64,000 nt of DNA from Felis catus (Eukaryota). Within the stretch, counting starts at the first letter, position 1. Every line of letters begins with the position of its first letter. The DNA lies in the NCBI RefSeq assembly GCF_018350175.1, contig NC_058369.1, positions 22,570,001 through 22,634,000 on the forward strand. The letters are read 5' to 3'. Below are positions 1-13,800 of this stretch, piece after piece. The notes beneath the pieces are model-generated. The model saw only the letters and a list, made by a program, of their open reading frames with translations. It searched no databases and was not told where the DNA came from. The position numbers and the translations under genes are program-made.

Positions 1-879
1 CTTACAGACTTGGGGCAGCTTGTTGCTTTTCTCTGGGCCTGTATGCGACAGAGCTGGAGAGTCCCTCTGTGCTGAGACTCAGCCTGCTTCTAGGGGAGGG
101 CAGACCTCACCTCGTCTCCCAGGATGCTCCACCATGAGCTGGGTGGCACTCAGTCCATGCTGTGCCAGGGTCTGTACATCCTACCGCCATCTGTCGCCCT
201 CCCTCTGTCTGCAGCAGGTGCCTGTGGGAGGGGAGGGTGTGGAGGTACTCCTGGCCCCACCAGGGTACGCAGAGTCTAGCAGGGTCACCAGTTCACACCA
301 GTGCAAAAATGATGTATTAGGTGTAGACGATGAGGCGGACTTGGCCCAGTGGCCGAGGGAAGACAGAGCAGCATCAATGTCAGAGGAGGCTAAGATGACA
401 TCCCATCCTGGTAAATTCTCCTGTCCACTTTTGCTAACGTATCTCCCAAGGGTTCTTGTACCACAGACTTGTTTTGAGAGTTGTATCAGGGAATGGAGTC
501 ATCTTTGAATATAAAAGGCAAAAATAAAAGGGACTAAAATATTTGACATATGATGAAATTCTGTGATATTTTAGACAGTGAGTAAATTGGCATTTATATA
601 ACCTGGTATACTCATTTCCCCTGATCCAGCCTCCCCTGAATGTTGACTTAATAACACGCCTGACTAGATGACGTTAATTGCTTTAAACTGACAAATTAAA
701 GAAAAAAGAAAAAGCCAGCATTCATTCAACAAGTGTGCCGTGTTCTTTTCGGGCTGGAACCAGTAAAGAAGAGCTGAGGTCCCTTGGGGGAGGGAAGGCT
801 GAGAAGTAACCTGAGTAGCACAGGAAGGTGAACTTGCACATCCCAGAAACGCCGGCTGTTTGGGCCAGACATAAGCAGT

Positions 880-1085
880 GGAGCTGAGTGTGAAGTTCAT
901 GGTGCCAGAAGCTACCTGTGGATAGTATATGGCCTTGAACAGCTTTACATTTTCCTCCTTCTGTAAGTGATCTCTATCTCACTGGACTGTTGTACGGATT
1001 TTTAAATTAGACCATGACTGTAAAATTTAGCTCAGTGTCTGGCAGCTGTAGGAATTCAGTGAAGGGCAGCCGCCATTGTTGTGAT
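880..1085 (+). mobile_element. MIR SINE remnant (ancient)
   Basis: Degenerate MIR core and tail (ggccttgaacagc...ttctgtaagtga...tgttgtacggatt...gctcagtgtctggca); boundaries approximate. Confidence 0.55.
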
Positions 1086-1435
1086 TCTTGCCTTCTTTGA
1101 TTCGTACACCCACCTCCGAGGTTAGAGGTGCTGCTTCATTTAGAGGACGTTCATTCTCCAGAGCAAGACCTTTGGCTCCTTCATTGCTCTATTTTTGGTT
1201 CCTGTGATAGTCTGTATCAGTAAACATTTGTGGAATAAACGAATGAGTACAGGGGCTGAGAACTCTAAGGCTCAGAGAGATCAGCCAGATCATAAGAGAC
1301 AGAACACAGATTCACACCTGGTCTGTTCTGTCCTCAGCCATGACCCTCAGCTAATGGGGGCTGTTGTTTCCTCATTTTAGTGTTACCTAAATTCCCAGGC
1401 AAAACACCATTTGTCCCCCGCTATCTGAAGGTGAG

Positions 1436-1472
1436 GTATGTGTGTGTGCGCACGTGTGTGTGTGCGCACATG
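1436..1472. repeat. Alternating purine-pyrimidine tract (TG/CG/CA)
   Basis: 37 bp of uninterrupted RY alternation containing two copies of tgtgtgtgtgcgcac. Confidence 0.9.
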
Positions 1473-2212
1473 AACTTTCCAGGGTGGCATCTCAAGAAGA
1501 GAGGTCATATTAGATGTAGCCTCATGGTTGTGTTGAAACTAATTATTTGGTTAGTTTTCATTCTAGGATAAAATGACAGGCTGGGTACCCTTTATCTCTT
1601 TTGGAAAAAAGCTCTTTAAAAGCTCTCGTGTTCTGAATTAGCTGCAAAGTCCCACTAGGATGTTGAAATAGCCTCTACCCATCAAGACCCCATTCAAAGT
1701 GCTTTTTCTAGGACTTGGGGAGAGAAAGCTTTCCCTGCTGATCTACCTGTGTGTGTGTCATCTTTTTCATGTGTATTGCAGTGGTGATTTAGACCTCTCA
1801 GCTCACCCGCCAAACCCTGCACACTCCTATTGCCATGGGCTATGAATCTTCACTGTGCACTGTCTTTCTTAGATCTGTTTTGTGGGCAAGATTGCTGGGT
1901 TGAGAGTGGAGGAGAAGGTGCAGCAGAAGGGCTGAAGAGTGAAGAGAGTCACTTTCTATTCTTTTTTGACAAGTCCTTGAATTCAGCCCTTGAATAGCGC
2001 AGTATAACTTTGAGAGATGACGGCTAGTAATACTTTGCTTCTTGTGTGCCAGCTTTTAGTCCCGGATGTCAGAATACATCAATTACACGTTTTTTTTTTT
2101 TCCATTTCTCCATTTCTCCATTTCACATGTAGGGAGGCGGTGGGGAGCATCTCCAGATAGCACACATGCCTGCTTCAGGCCGTGGCTGGTCCCTGGCAGG
2201 AGCACGAGGAAA

Positions 2213-2530
2213 CAGTCATTCATTCATCAGTCATTTGTTCATTCATCATTCAACAGAACAGATATCTTGATACTCTGTTCTGAGTATGGTGCTGGCTTTG
2301 GGGATGTAGGGCAAGAAAAATCAGATAGGCTGCACCTTGGAGATTACAGTCTAGTGCAGAAATTGGGTATTTCTCAAAGAATTAGACTACCACATGCAAG
2401 TCTCCCTGCGGTGCCATGGAGGTGTGCTGACAGCATGTGACTTAAAGACCTGCTTTGGCTCAGGGTCCGAGGAGGCTTTGCAAAGGGAGGGGCTTCAGCT
2501 GAGACTTGAGGGCTGGCAGGAATTCATAAT
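2213..2530 (-). mobile_element. L2 LINE 3' end remnant
   Basis: cattcattcat...ttcaacag tail followed by gtgctggctttggggat...ttggagattacagtctagt, the typical antisense L2 3' end. Confidence 0.65.
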
Positions 2531-3044
2531 CGAGGGCTGGCTGGATCCTTTGTGATGCTTCCTCACCTGTCCTGGCCCAGCCATATCCTCACCACCCAAA
2601 TACATGCACCCATGAGCTCCTTAAATGTGAGTTCTGGGTCTCAGAAACCCATCCCATGCTTTCTTCTTGGCCTTTGCTTTACTTGTTCCCACTGCCATAA
2701 ACTCCTATTCTTGTCCCTCCAGCTGCTTGTTGAATTCTCAGTCTTCACAGCCTAGTTTCTTAATCCAGCAACCAACCTTTGAGCTTCTGCTATGCCAGGG
2801 GCTCTGTGCTGGACCCTCAGTTGCTACTGCCTTCGGGGCAGCCTTTCCCAATCTCTGTCCTCGTTTGCCGTTTGTATGTCACTTGTGGTTATCAGAGTTG
2901 AGTTGGTTTCTAATTACTGCTTTGCCATCACTATAAGCTCTTCTGCCCAGCTCCACGGGCTTTATGAGGGCCTCCTGTCTTTCTCATCCTTGTTTTCCTT
3001 GTGGCTTCCCAAGGCAAAGCCTTGTGATGGTGGTGGTGATGGTG

Positions 3045-3250
3045 ACAACTCACTGATGCTCTTGAACATTCACCACAAGCCAGACAGCATTCAGAACACC
3101 TAATACATCCCGACGTTATCTAGTCCTCGCAATAACCCTGTATGCAAGCTACTCCATTATTATCTCTGTTTAACCAATGAAGAAAACTGAGACACAGAGA
3201 CTATTAAGTAACCTTCCCAAAGTTACTTGGCTAGGAAGTGATAGGGCCCC
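3045..3250 (-). mobile_element. MIR SINE remnant
   Basis: tcctcgcaataaccctgt...aatgaagaaaactgagacacagaga...aagtaaccttcccaaagttac is the antisense MIR core. Confidence 0.75.
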
Positions 3251-3810
3251 ACTGCTCTGCACCTCCTTCCTGGCATGGCCTGCACCTGGCAGGTTGCACA
3301 GTGAGCTGACTGTGCTAGTTAGTGACAGGTACAATGTGCCCTTCTCCTAGAGTGTTTGTACGAGGATAGCGACCCTGAGTGATAAAGAACCAGCTGGCTA
3401 ATACTGGTATCCTGGGTACCATGGGAAGCCGGTCATGACTAGATTTCTGTGCTCCAGAATTTGTTCCCGTCATAGGAAGTAGGGAGCAAAGCTGATACAT
3501 GTGCCTGTCATGCCTGCAGTCCTGCCGGGCTCTGGCCAGATTCTTTTCCCCCAGGTGCTTTTCTTCCCAGGATTGAAGAAGTCCCTAGACCAGACCCAGC
3601 TGTTGGGTGGGTGACTGCTCCTCAACAGAAGTGCCCTCAACAGTTCACTATTACAGGTGCAGATCCTTTGCACAACCACACAGGCTTCAAAAGGTGCCAG
3701 AGACAGGAGTTTCCTTCCACTGCAACGTTCAAGCCTTGATCCTGGATGACTACCTAGGAAGAAATAATATCTATGACAAGCTGTCACTTTTTAAATTACA
3801 AAGCGTTGTT

Positions 3811-4027
3811 GAGGTGCCCGGATGGCTCAGTCGGTTAGGCGTCCGACTTCGGCTCAGGTCATGATCTCGTGATTCATGAGTTCAAGCCCCACGTCAGGCT
3901 CTGTGCTGACAGCTTGGAGCTTGGAGCCTGCTTTGGAGTCTGTGTCTCACTCTTGCTGTGTCCCTCCCCTGCTTGTGCTCTGTCTCTCTCTCAAAAAATA
4001 AATAAATAAAACATTAACAAATTGTTT
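3811..4027 (+). mobile_element. Can-SINE (SINEC_Fc2-like)
   Basis: tRNA-like head with A box (tggctcagtcgg) and B box (gttcaagccc), CT-rich body, AATAAA tail; TSD aaattacaaagcgttgt / aaattacaaaatgttgt. Confidence 0.95.
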
Positions 4028-4226
4028 AAATTACAAAATGTTGTCTATTTACTGTGGACATTTTTTGAAATACAGATAAAGAACAATTATAAACAACTGC
4101 TATTCCAGTGTGATCAGTGTTAATATTTGGGTGCATTTATTCTAACCTGTCTTCCTTTGAATATGTGTGTATGTGCCTGTATGCATATATACTTTATGTA
4201 AATGGTATCATATTATATGAACTATT

Positions 4227-4449
4227 AAAAAAAATTTTTTTTTCAACGTTTTTTATTTATTTTTGGGACAGAGAGAGACAGAGCATGAACGGGGGAGGGG
4301 CAGAGAGAGAGGGAGACACAGAATTGGAAACAGGCTCCAGGCTCCGAGCCATCAGCCCAGAGCCTGATGCGGGGCTCGAACTCACGGACCGTGAGATCGT
4401 GACCTGGCTGAAGTCGGACGCTTAACCGACTGCGCCACCCAGGCGCCCC
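4227..4449 (-). mobile_element. Young felid Can-SINE (SINEC_Fc-like) inside an old L1M 3' remnant
   Basis: Near-consensus with CpGs retained; TSD tatatgaactatt at 4214-4226 and 4452-4464. Confidence 0.97.
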
Positions 4450-4989
4450 AATATATGAACTATTTTATAATGGCAAGACATTTCCAAGCGGATTCAGGCA
4501 GGGTAGGGCCACTTACAATGATTCTCTCCCTATGAAAAATCAAATCCATTCTCTTCTTTGAAAAATTGGAAAGTACCGAATGACATAATAGATACAAGAA
4601 TAACCACATTAAAAATTTTTTAGCATTTCTTTTGGGCTGCTTGAAATTAGAATTAAACTGTAGCTATGAAGTTACTTATTTTTCTTCTAACTTTAAGGCA
4701 GGAACATGTCCTCTTATAATTTAGCATTCTTCAAAGTGATTTGTTTTCCCTCTACAAAACATTTTGTCATGTGAATGTGGGGTGACTTATGTTACCTTCC
4801 CCTTATTCCAACGTGGAGGCTTTCCAACACAGGTTTTACCCCAGCATAAACAGTGCTTTGATGAACATCCCTGTCTGTCCATCTGTCCCACTCCTAGTTA
4901 TGCCCTTGGAGCCATCCTTTTGGGGCGGGGGGGGGGCAGTCACTGTACCAGAGAGCATGAGCTTTGTTAGCACCGTCTCTTGCTGATGC

Positions 4990-5055
4990 TGTGTGTGTGT
5001 GTGCGCGCGCGCGTGCTTGCTTGCTTGCTTGTGTGTATTCGCGTGTGTATGTGTG
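4990..5055. repeat. Compound microsatellite (TG)n(CG)5(TGCT)n
   Basis: Read directly from the sequence. Confidence 0.9.
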
Positions 5056-5194
5056 CCTGTGCTCATTTGCCCTCTTGTTTTCCCATAGCATCCAGCTCTG
5101 TCCTATGCTCAGGCTTGCCTGGGAGATCAGATGGCATCAGTTGGACTAAATGACCTTTGTTTTTCCCTCCATGTGCAGGACAGTCGACATGGGG

Positions 5195-5400
5195 CTCAAA
5201 GCAAGGCTCTGCGGTCAGGCATACTTGGGTTCAAATTGAGCTCTGCCACTTACTGGGTGTGTGAGCTTGAGCAAGTTACCCAGCCACCCTGAGTTTCAGT
5301 TTACTAAGAGAAAAATAATATCCACTTATTAGAGTTACCACGTGGATTAAGTAAAATAATATGTGTCAGGTGCTCAGCACATAGAAAGGACTCTGTAATG
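5195..5400 (+). mobile_element. MIR SINE remnant
   Basis: ttgggttcaaat...ctctgccacttact...tgtgtgagcttgagcaagttac...ctgagtttcagttt is the MIR core. Confidence 0.8.
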
Positions 5401-7132
5401 GCAAATGTCATTTTTATTTTTACTATTTATTCTAATCATCACACTTTGACTACAGGAATTTGATTCATTTTAGAAACTGTTATTCTTACAAGTAGAGCTT
5501 TAAAACGTCCCGGAGTCGTACGCGTGTTTTAGCTACTCTCTGTGTGGTGTAGGGGGAGGACTCAGGGTGTTGGGTGTCACTTTAAATAAGTGTTTGGGGT
5601 CCCCCAAATAATTTGAGATTTTGGATTGGCGTCTACCCTAAAAGACTGGCTTTAAAAAGATGGACCAGGATCTGAGTGTCGGCTGGGGGAGCTCAAGCTG
5701 CCTCCGTAATCTCCCAAATGCAATTGCTTTAGCAGTCAAATAAATTAAGGGTAACAGTAATAATAGGAATTAACAATGACTAATTATAAAATGAGTTATG
5801 TTGCCAATTACATAGTGGTATCTAAACCCCAGAGTAAATGGAGGTATTTACAGATGCGCGCTTGCACTGCACCCATGTCAGGAGGCCAGGGGTTTGTGTT
5901 TTGATAATGAAAGCGGCGGGTGTGCTTATGTATGGACTTTTGGTGTCTGGATGCTACTCGAGAAGCTGTGCACTGCTAGCTTGAAAACCGGGACTCTAGA
6001 CACTTGTAAAGAGCTGCATTTTTTCTTTCAGGGAAGTGTGCTCTTTTTCATTTCCTATCACTAAGAAAGGAGAGAAACCATCCAGATGCCGTCTGAAGGC
6101 TAGTGGTCACAGATAGCGGAGCCTAGTTCTGCCACTGAATGTCCCTGTACCCTGGGGGCTCTCCAGAGAAGAGTTTGACCGAGCAGAGCAGCAGAACACT
6201 GGTGGGAAGAGGGACCCCTCGGTGCGGCAGGGAGGGTGAGGCTGGAGAATCTGGTGGTGGGTGCTCTTTCCTGATCTTTGGGCCGATGTGTGGCTGTGGG
6301 GAGAGGGAGAGTGGCCTGGTGTGGTCAGGTGACGCTAGTCCCTTTTCATGAGTGAGCTCCGTGAACCATAGCACCTCCACACATCTAGCAGGGCCCGAGG
6401 GGGCATTCTGTCCTCAGAGGAGTCACTGAGCCTCGTTTCCTTTATCTCAAGAAATAAGATGCAGGTTGCACCTGCCTGGAAGGTGGTTGTCATGAGGATG
6501 AAGCAACTCAGTGGTGCCTTGTGAGCTGTCCTTGGGGGCCAAGACCTCGGTGGTGGTCATCCACGTCTGCAGCCCTTCGGGACTTGTGTGGCCACTTGGC
6601 CCAGTGGGAAGGCTCGTGGGTGGTCACCAGACACCTCAGAACATGTCAGAGCCCTTGCTTTTGCCACCGTTCAGAGCGCTCGGCCACTTCGCAAACCATT
6701 GCCACGGATCAAACAGCAGAAATCCAGGGAGCAGGGGACGGATGGTATAAAGCCTCGCTTTTGATTTCCACCCTTTGGTCCCCTCCAGGTGCCTGATGCC
6801 TTTTGCTGCTTGGATCAGCCTTTGACTAGTCTCTGTTTCCGCTGTTCTGTTATGTAAATCTCTTCTCTCTTTTCAAAGGAGACTACCAGGGAGATAGTTT
6901 GTAGCCTGGCAGGAGATGGTTTTCTGTTCTCCTGCTGAGGACAAATCCAGGACCTCCGTGGTTAGCTTGGCATAAGCCCCTTTGGAGCAGACCTGAAGCC
7001 GGAACCCCACTTTCCCTGCAGAGGGATTCCTGTGAGGCACGTCTGAGGATGCCTGGCCTGAGGCTCTCTCCCAGCTGCAGCCCTCTCCCTGCACCCTGCA
7101 TTTCTGAGAGGGCAGCATTCTCCATCAGAGTG

Positions 7133-7325
7133 AACGTTTATTGGTTAAGTTTTCTCTGAGCAGGACGGTGTGCTCTGCCCTGAACTTCCATTGTTTAATT
7201 TAATCTTCACCACATCCCCCTGAGAGAGCTGCCCTATTCCTATCCTGCCTGTCTTACAGATGGGGAAACTGAGCCACGAGCCTTCGAGTCACTTGCTCAA
7301 TGTCCTGCAGTCAGTAAGTGACTCT
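7133..7325 (-). mobile_element. MIR SINE remnant
   Basis: ttacagatggggaaactgag...cacttgctcaatgtc...cagtaagtg. Confidence 0.75.
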
Positions 7326-8849
7326 GGAGAGGGGGAGGCAAGAGGGCAACTTAATCAGCCTGGAGTTGGAGCACGTGGGGGTGGTGGGAGACACGGCACT
7401 TAGGATAACAGCCAGTGATCTGGGTCACTGAGCCTGGTCTGTAGTCACTTACTGCTGTGCGAGGGGCACTCACACTCTTCTCACCGAATCCTCCTGATGA
7501 CCCCTGGAGCAGGTGTGGTAATCCCCAGCATACAGGCCTGGAGCTCTGCTTAGGGAGGGCAGCTGGCTGGCCTGGGTCACCCAGGGAAGGATCCCCAGGG
7601 TGAGTTTATACTCGCATCTGTCCAGCTCCATGCTGTTCTGTGCTCTGTCTACATCCAAGATGTTTTCCTGATCTTGAGGGCTCTGGGTTTCCCCTCTGCC
7701 TCCAAAGTAAATAATGTCTAATTCCTCACACTGTGAAAAATAAGTCTGCATCACAGAGTGCATTTAGGAGAGTGTGGCAGGAGAAGGGAGGTGTGGGCCC
7801 AGTTATAGGTGCATCCTCTATGCCCACATCTTCTGTGAGGGTGATGGGGGCCTTCTCACTCCCCTGTAGGACAGGCGGGAACGGGGACATGGGGTCTCCA
7901 AGGTCCGGGTGATGGTGTCTGGCTTTGCAACCAGGAGCCTGCCTGGGAGCCTTGGGATGTTACCCTTCAGAGGGCTTGAGCTCAGGTGCCCCCGAAAGAG
8001 CCTAGGGCTTCCTTGGGGGCCTGGCCCCCTCTTGTCTTATTCTGTTCCCACAGCCGGCTTGGCCACGCGGTTTTCCCAACCACAGCTGGGCTCTGCAGGG
8101 GGGAGATGCTGAGGGCTTCTGCGGGGGAGTCAGTGCCAGGGTGCCCCCTCTGTCCCTGACCCATCTGGTCCGCCGTGCGCCCCGCCTGTGATTGCTGCTG
8201 TTGGTCACAGGGTGGCAGCAAGAGTCAGACACCAAGGCTGCAGCTGGGCTCTGGGTAGCCCTGGACCCAGCCGGCTCCTCCTGGCTCTGGGGACCCACCG
8301 TCCCAGGCACGGCCTCAGGCCAGGCTCAGCGTCACTCGTGGCCTTTTCTTACCTGCGTTGCAGGTTGAGGAAAGAATGAAAATTCACCCTTTTTAGTGAA
8401 TAATACTAACAATAGACTTTGACTTCCATACTTTCCCGAGAGAACCAGGGTACAGCTACCAAAAAAGGTGGGAAGCAAAATGTATGAGTAAGAGGGAAGA
8501 GCTGCGAGTATCCCCTGCATCGTTTGCTGGCCCTGTCCCTTGGGCATGTGGCTTTCCTCTTCAGGGCCTCCATCTGTAAAATGGGGAAGTACCCTCAGCA
8601 CCATGAGATCATTGTGAGGAGCAAAAAACGTGAGTTTAAGGCAATCACCGTAGTGCTTGGTGTGGAGGAACCATTAGCTCCTCTCATTCTTTAAGAACTA
8701 ATGTGGAACTTGGTGGACATAACATTAGCAGGGGAACGACATCACGGGAGCCCTTGCTTGGAGAATTTCCCAATAAGCTCTGGTAAAAACAAGAACCACA
8801 ACAGACCCTTCCTTCTCTCTTCTTCTCTGCTACTATCGGTGATATCCTG

Positions 8850-9045
8850 TAGAAGAAAACACAACAGAATTTGGAGCCAAACTACCTGGGTCCGATCCTG
8901 ACTCTTCCATCCCTTGTGTGGTCATGTGCTCAGTGCCTCTGTTTCCTCATGTGTGAAATGGGAATAATGGTAAGACTTTTGTGAGGATTACAGAGTTGAT
9001 ATAGGTAATCTGGCAAATGGTGAGCATTGTATTACCGTATGCTTT
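8850..9045 (+). mobile_element. MIR SINE remnant
   Basis: ttggagcca...cctgggtccgatcctgactct...tgcctctgtttcctcatgtgtgaaatgggaataat. Confidence 0.7.
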
Positions 9046-11403
9046 TATTGTCCAGCTTGGCTGTCTGCTTGAGGGCCAAGGTGAGCTTTTTCAAAAGTTC
9101 CGGGAATAGTTATGATGGGAATGCTTTTATACCCCTAGCTTCCACAGTGTGCCAGGTATGATCCTTGAAGTGCCCAGCCTCAAATATCCCCTCCATTCTT
9201 GCTGTCCCTCCGTGTGCCCCACACAGAGCTGGGACGCAGAGCCCAAACTGGGGCTCACAGTGCAGAGGGATGCATAGACACAGAATCAGACTTCAGAATA
9301 GCCAGAAATGCCTCCCAGTACAGATGGATCCTCAGAGAGAAAAGCCACCTGGATATATTTTCCTGGGAGACCCTGGGGCGCAAGATACCCAAAAAGGAGG
9401 TGATGGTTGAACCAACAAGCATTTGGCAGCTGGAATGGGCCTGCCAAATGGAAGTTGGGGCCCAGGCTGAGGGGCACCTAGGCTCTGCCATGTTTGCAGG
9501 GCCGGGGGTGGGGCTGGTGATAAGGAGTCTGCTATGGTCTAAGCCCTACATGGGGGTGCAGAGAAAGGGGGATGGAGCTAGAGAGGTGGGCAGGAGCCAA
9601 GGAGTGGGTGGACTTGTTTCTATGCTAAGTGAGAGGCTTTAACCATGGGTCTGGTACAGGATGAGAGCAGGATGTGATCCATTTTACACTTTAAGAAACT
9701 CTCGCACCAACCAGTAGAGGTCGTAAGAAGACACGGGGAGGCCTGGGGAGAGGCAAGAAGTCTGGTGATGAATGCTTTGTACCAGGGCAATGAGGACTGG
9801 GAGAATGGGCACCAGGGGAGACATTTCAGAGGCAGAATCGAGACCCGTGTCTAGTATTTGTAGACTCAGGGAAGGAGCACAAACTGAGGCCCCCAGCCTG
9901 TGGTCTGACTCCTTGCTCTCTCCGCCCACTCCTGACTCTAATTGGCAGCGTGAGGGGCCTCACGCCAATGTGTGAACACCCTAGCTACCTCCACACCCCC
10001 TTTCTGCAACCAGCATCTCTTGGCAGCCTGGAGCTGTACACTAGGGTAGTGTTTGCCCGTAGGAGGACCACTTGGGGAAGAGGCCCACACAGATCCTGGA
10101 AGCAGGCCCAGGGAAGGCTTTTGGGCAGAGAATTTCAGGATCCCAGGTACCTGGAGCTGAGTGTAAAAGGGGAAGAATGTCGGTTTGGATCTGGGTGAGC
10201 ATATTCCCTTGGACCTGTAGACCCCTCTCTGTTTTGGGGGGACATGGTTTTGGGAAGGCTAGAGGGAGACCCTCTGACGCTTGGGGCCCAGGGCAGGGCC
10301 TTCCCTGATTAGATGGTCTCATGAGCCAACCAAGGAGCACAGGAAGAGGAACAGGTTATAGGGGGAGGATGACAAGCTTGGTTCCAGACGTGATGAGTTT
10401 TGGTTGCTCAGAGGACATCCTTGTATGCTTGGTGGTCCTCTGGGGTTTGTCAGAAGTTTGGCTAAGAGGTAGATGAACTTGTGTCAGGCTCTTGAATGGG
10501 TGCTGTACTTCATATTATTTTATTAACATATCATTTAGTAAAAGTTCCTGAAAGAACTTCCCTCCATCCTCCTCCTCCCTTCTCCCCTTCTTCTCCCCCC
10601 ACCCTCTCTGTGTGTATGTCATCTGGAGATACAGAAAAACATACACAAAGAAGAGAAGCAGATTTGACCTTCTCTGGGGAACTTCAGTTTTGAGGGTCTG
10701 CTTCCCTCCATAGGAATAAAAAAGATTTCAAAGGTTCTTGGAGAGAAAAAAACAAAAACAATCTGAAAAATCCCTAAAACTCCAGTGCGTTAAGATGTAG
10801 CCCGTCTGCTGACAACTGAATTTGTGATTGTCTAGTGTCTAGTTTCTCCCTTTCAGTTTTTACTGAAAGGCCTAAGCTTTCTGGGAAATCCTTTGAGAAA
10901 TTTAAAGGAAAAATATAGTGGGAAAAAAAAGGCAGATGGGATAGCCTTATTCCAGGGGCCGAGGAGATGGGAATGAATGAGAGCCAGGCATAATTGCCTG
11001 GACCCCTTCCCTCTCCTGAGAATATGGGCAGAGGCTGGACAGGCCTGGGCACTCCATTCTGGCCTTGATTCTTCAACACAGCATGCCCATTGGGGTCTAA
11101 GCTGGGGATGAATCTGGTGTCTCTGGGAGCCATTGTGAGGGTTCACCAAATAATCTGGGACAAGGTAAATTCTCAGCAAATGGTAACATCATTATTATTT
11201 CTACTGTTGTAATTACTGTAACTTAGGTCCCTTATGTGGTAGAGTTTACTGTCACATTACCCTGGGAGAAGCATGAGTCATGTATTAAAACAAAAATATT
11301 TCAGAGGAATAAATAAAGTGATAATTATAATTCAGCCAGGATTGGGGAGTATTCTAAGATGAGATAGTTCTTGAAATAGCTGCATAATTGATGCTTAATA
11401 TAT

Positions 11404-11526
11404 GATGGATTAGTGGATGGAGGGAGGGAGAGATAGAAGGTTGAGTGAATAGATTGATGACTAGATGGGTTGGATGGATGGATGTGTGAGTGAGTGGATG
11501 GAAGGAGGGAGGGATGACAGAATGAA
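11404..11526. repeat. Degenerate (TGGA)n low-complexity tract, probably from an L2 tail
   Basis: Repeated tggatgga/ggag units. Confidence 0.7.
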
Positions 11527-11829
11527 GTTTTCAACACAAATAGCCTCTTCAAACAACTTTGTGTTCTGGTATTCTCAGGGGCTTTGGAATTCTTGGCCCT
11601 TCTCCTGGGCAGTTGTTCTGTTCCCCTATCCAGGTTGATATATCCACTTACTTTGCCACTGCTGAGCAAAGTCATGAGGGGCAGTGTAACCCCATTAAGA
11701 GGCATGTTTTGCTGAGGCAATGCTAATAGAATGACCAGTCCATGGACCGGGAACATGCTTGGCCTCAGCACTTGGCATGTGTATTCTTCTGGGATCTTCC
11801 CTGTGTAGTCAAGGTGCCACACACAGTGC

Positions 11830-12300
11830 CACAGACAGCCTTCTTTTGTGGCCTCCACCTCCATCCCTCTGCCTTTACCTCCTTACCCCCAATTCTATCC
11901 CCAGGAAGAAATCATTTTCCCCTAAAAGGTTATATATGTTCCCCTCTGCTTGTTGTCACCTATCCTGTTTCCTGGCAAACTCTCTCAGAGTTATTATTCC
12001 TGGCATCTTTGCAGGCTCTGCTCGAATGTTACCTTTTCTATGAAACCTTCGCTAGATTCCTTGAAGGGGTTAGAATTAGAAATGTGCTTATATCACTGTG
12101 CTTCTGCAGGACTCCTGTAAACCGTTGTCACAGGCACTTTGGAGCATTGATTCAAGTTTGACTTATGTTTGGTTATTTCTGCCCTTGGTGTCTTAGGACA
12201 CTGAGCTTCTAGGGGGCAGGGACCCTCTGGTTCGTCTCTGTCCCCCACATGGCCTGGCACCAACATGTTGTGGTTAGTATTCCGTCCTTGAATCAAATGA
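11830..12300 (+). mobile_element. L2 LINE 3' remnant(s)
   Basis: aatgttaccttttctatgaaacctt...gggcagggaccctctgg...tgtcccc...gcctggcac; boundaries approximate. Confidence 0.55.
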
Positions 12301-13704
12301 CATTAAAAGAAACCTTCTCCTCTCAGGAGAAGGGATGCTGTTCTGAGTCTGAGTTTCTACTAAATGCCACACCTGGGATGTTTTGGCCATTGAGTTTGGG
12401 TCTGTTTCTTTAAAAGCATTTCTGTCGATGGATCCTCTTATTTGGTGGGACTTTTAAGTGATGCTCACTTAAAGAAAGTCCATTAGAGAGAGTTCGACTC
12501 CTTTTCAAAACCTTCATCAATTAAATGCATATGAACCTAAATGTCACACAATGTAGCACATACCGGTGCGCCTCAGATATTTTTCAAGGACTATATCGGT
12601 GTTTCTCAGAAGTTGGTTATTTGTCTATGCCTGGGCCAGGGAACCACGGGTTGGGAGATGGATAAACTGAGAGAGAAATGACTCCCTCAAGGCCCAAGAG
12701 AGGGGAGAGACAAGGGCAAAATGAAACCCCAGAATGTAACTGTCCTGTTTTCCCTTCTTAATTTTTAATCATGTTTATAGAACAGAAACACATGGGAAAA
12801 TATTTTAAAGAGACGTTTATAGATACTTTTAACTGTAACCTATGATTGATTTTTTTAATCCTTGAAGAATTTTTATCTCAGTATGAGAACAAAATGTATG
12901 GTTGTGTGAGTTGGTGCTTGTTTATTGTGAGCAGATTGTTGAGGCAGCTCCTGTTTCCTGAGCTGCTGGTAAAGCAAAGATGTCCCACGGGGAGGAGATT
13001 TTCTCTAAGTTGGACTCATACAAGTGACACTGGGGAGGTAGCCAGGAATCCAGGGTTTTGGAAGAGATTCATCACACTCAGTTTCCTCATAAGTTCATTA
13101 TGTTGTATAAACGAACCGCACTGAGACCCCAGTCTCTTTCTGGAGGAGAACACAGGGAGGGTCCTCTGTGTTGAATACCCATAACCGTGTGGGTATAGCA
13201 TGTTGGGTTATAGAGACACGCGGTAGCTCTGTGACCTTGAGCAGGTTAAGTCACTACTCTGGGCCTCATCACGTGTAGAAAGAGGGCAGTGTTCTTTTGG
13301 GGGGAAGGTTAGGATCACATATGTAAATACTGATTCTGCACTTGATAGAGCAACAGATCAATGTCAGCAGCCTACCCGAATCCCTTAGTTGGAGACACTG
13401 AAAGGACACAACAAAGGAGAAATACACACATATTTACTTCGGAGTCCAAATAAATATGCTAACTGAGAAATGGATGGACTCTAGGGCTGTGGGGCTTGTG
13501 AAATAAGTTGAATCTCATTTATTTAATCAACATTATTGAGTATGTATCGTGTATCAGACACCATGCTTGTCCTGTTATTTATGAATGGTGAACGAGGCAG
13601 TTGTGACCTCAGGATATCTGGTTGGCGGAGGGTGGCTGGGTGGATAGATGCTAAATAAAGGAATACATATATAATGACTAATGAAGAGAAACCTTAAAAG
13701 GGCC

Positions 13705-13764
13705 ATAGTACATCTTTAGAACTTTTAACGTGACCCACAGTAAGAAATATATTTACATCGTAAA

Positions 13765-13800
<36 letters not shown>

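Noticed and set aside
4117..4425. Similar ORFs at 4117 and 54153 (also 35933 and 19800) suggesting a gene family
   Set aside because: They are translations of SINEC_Fc copies, not genes
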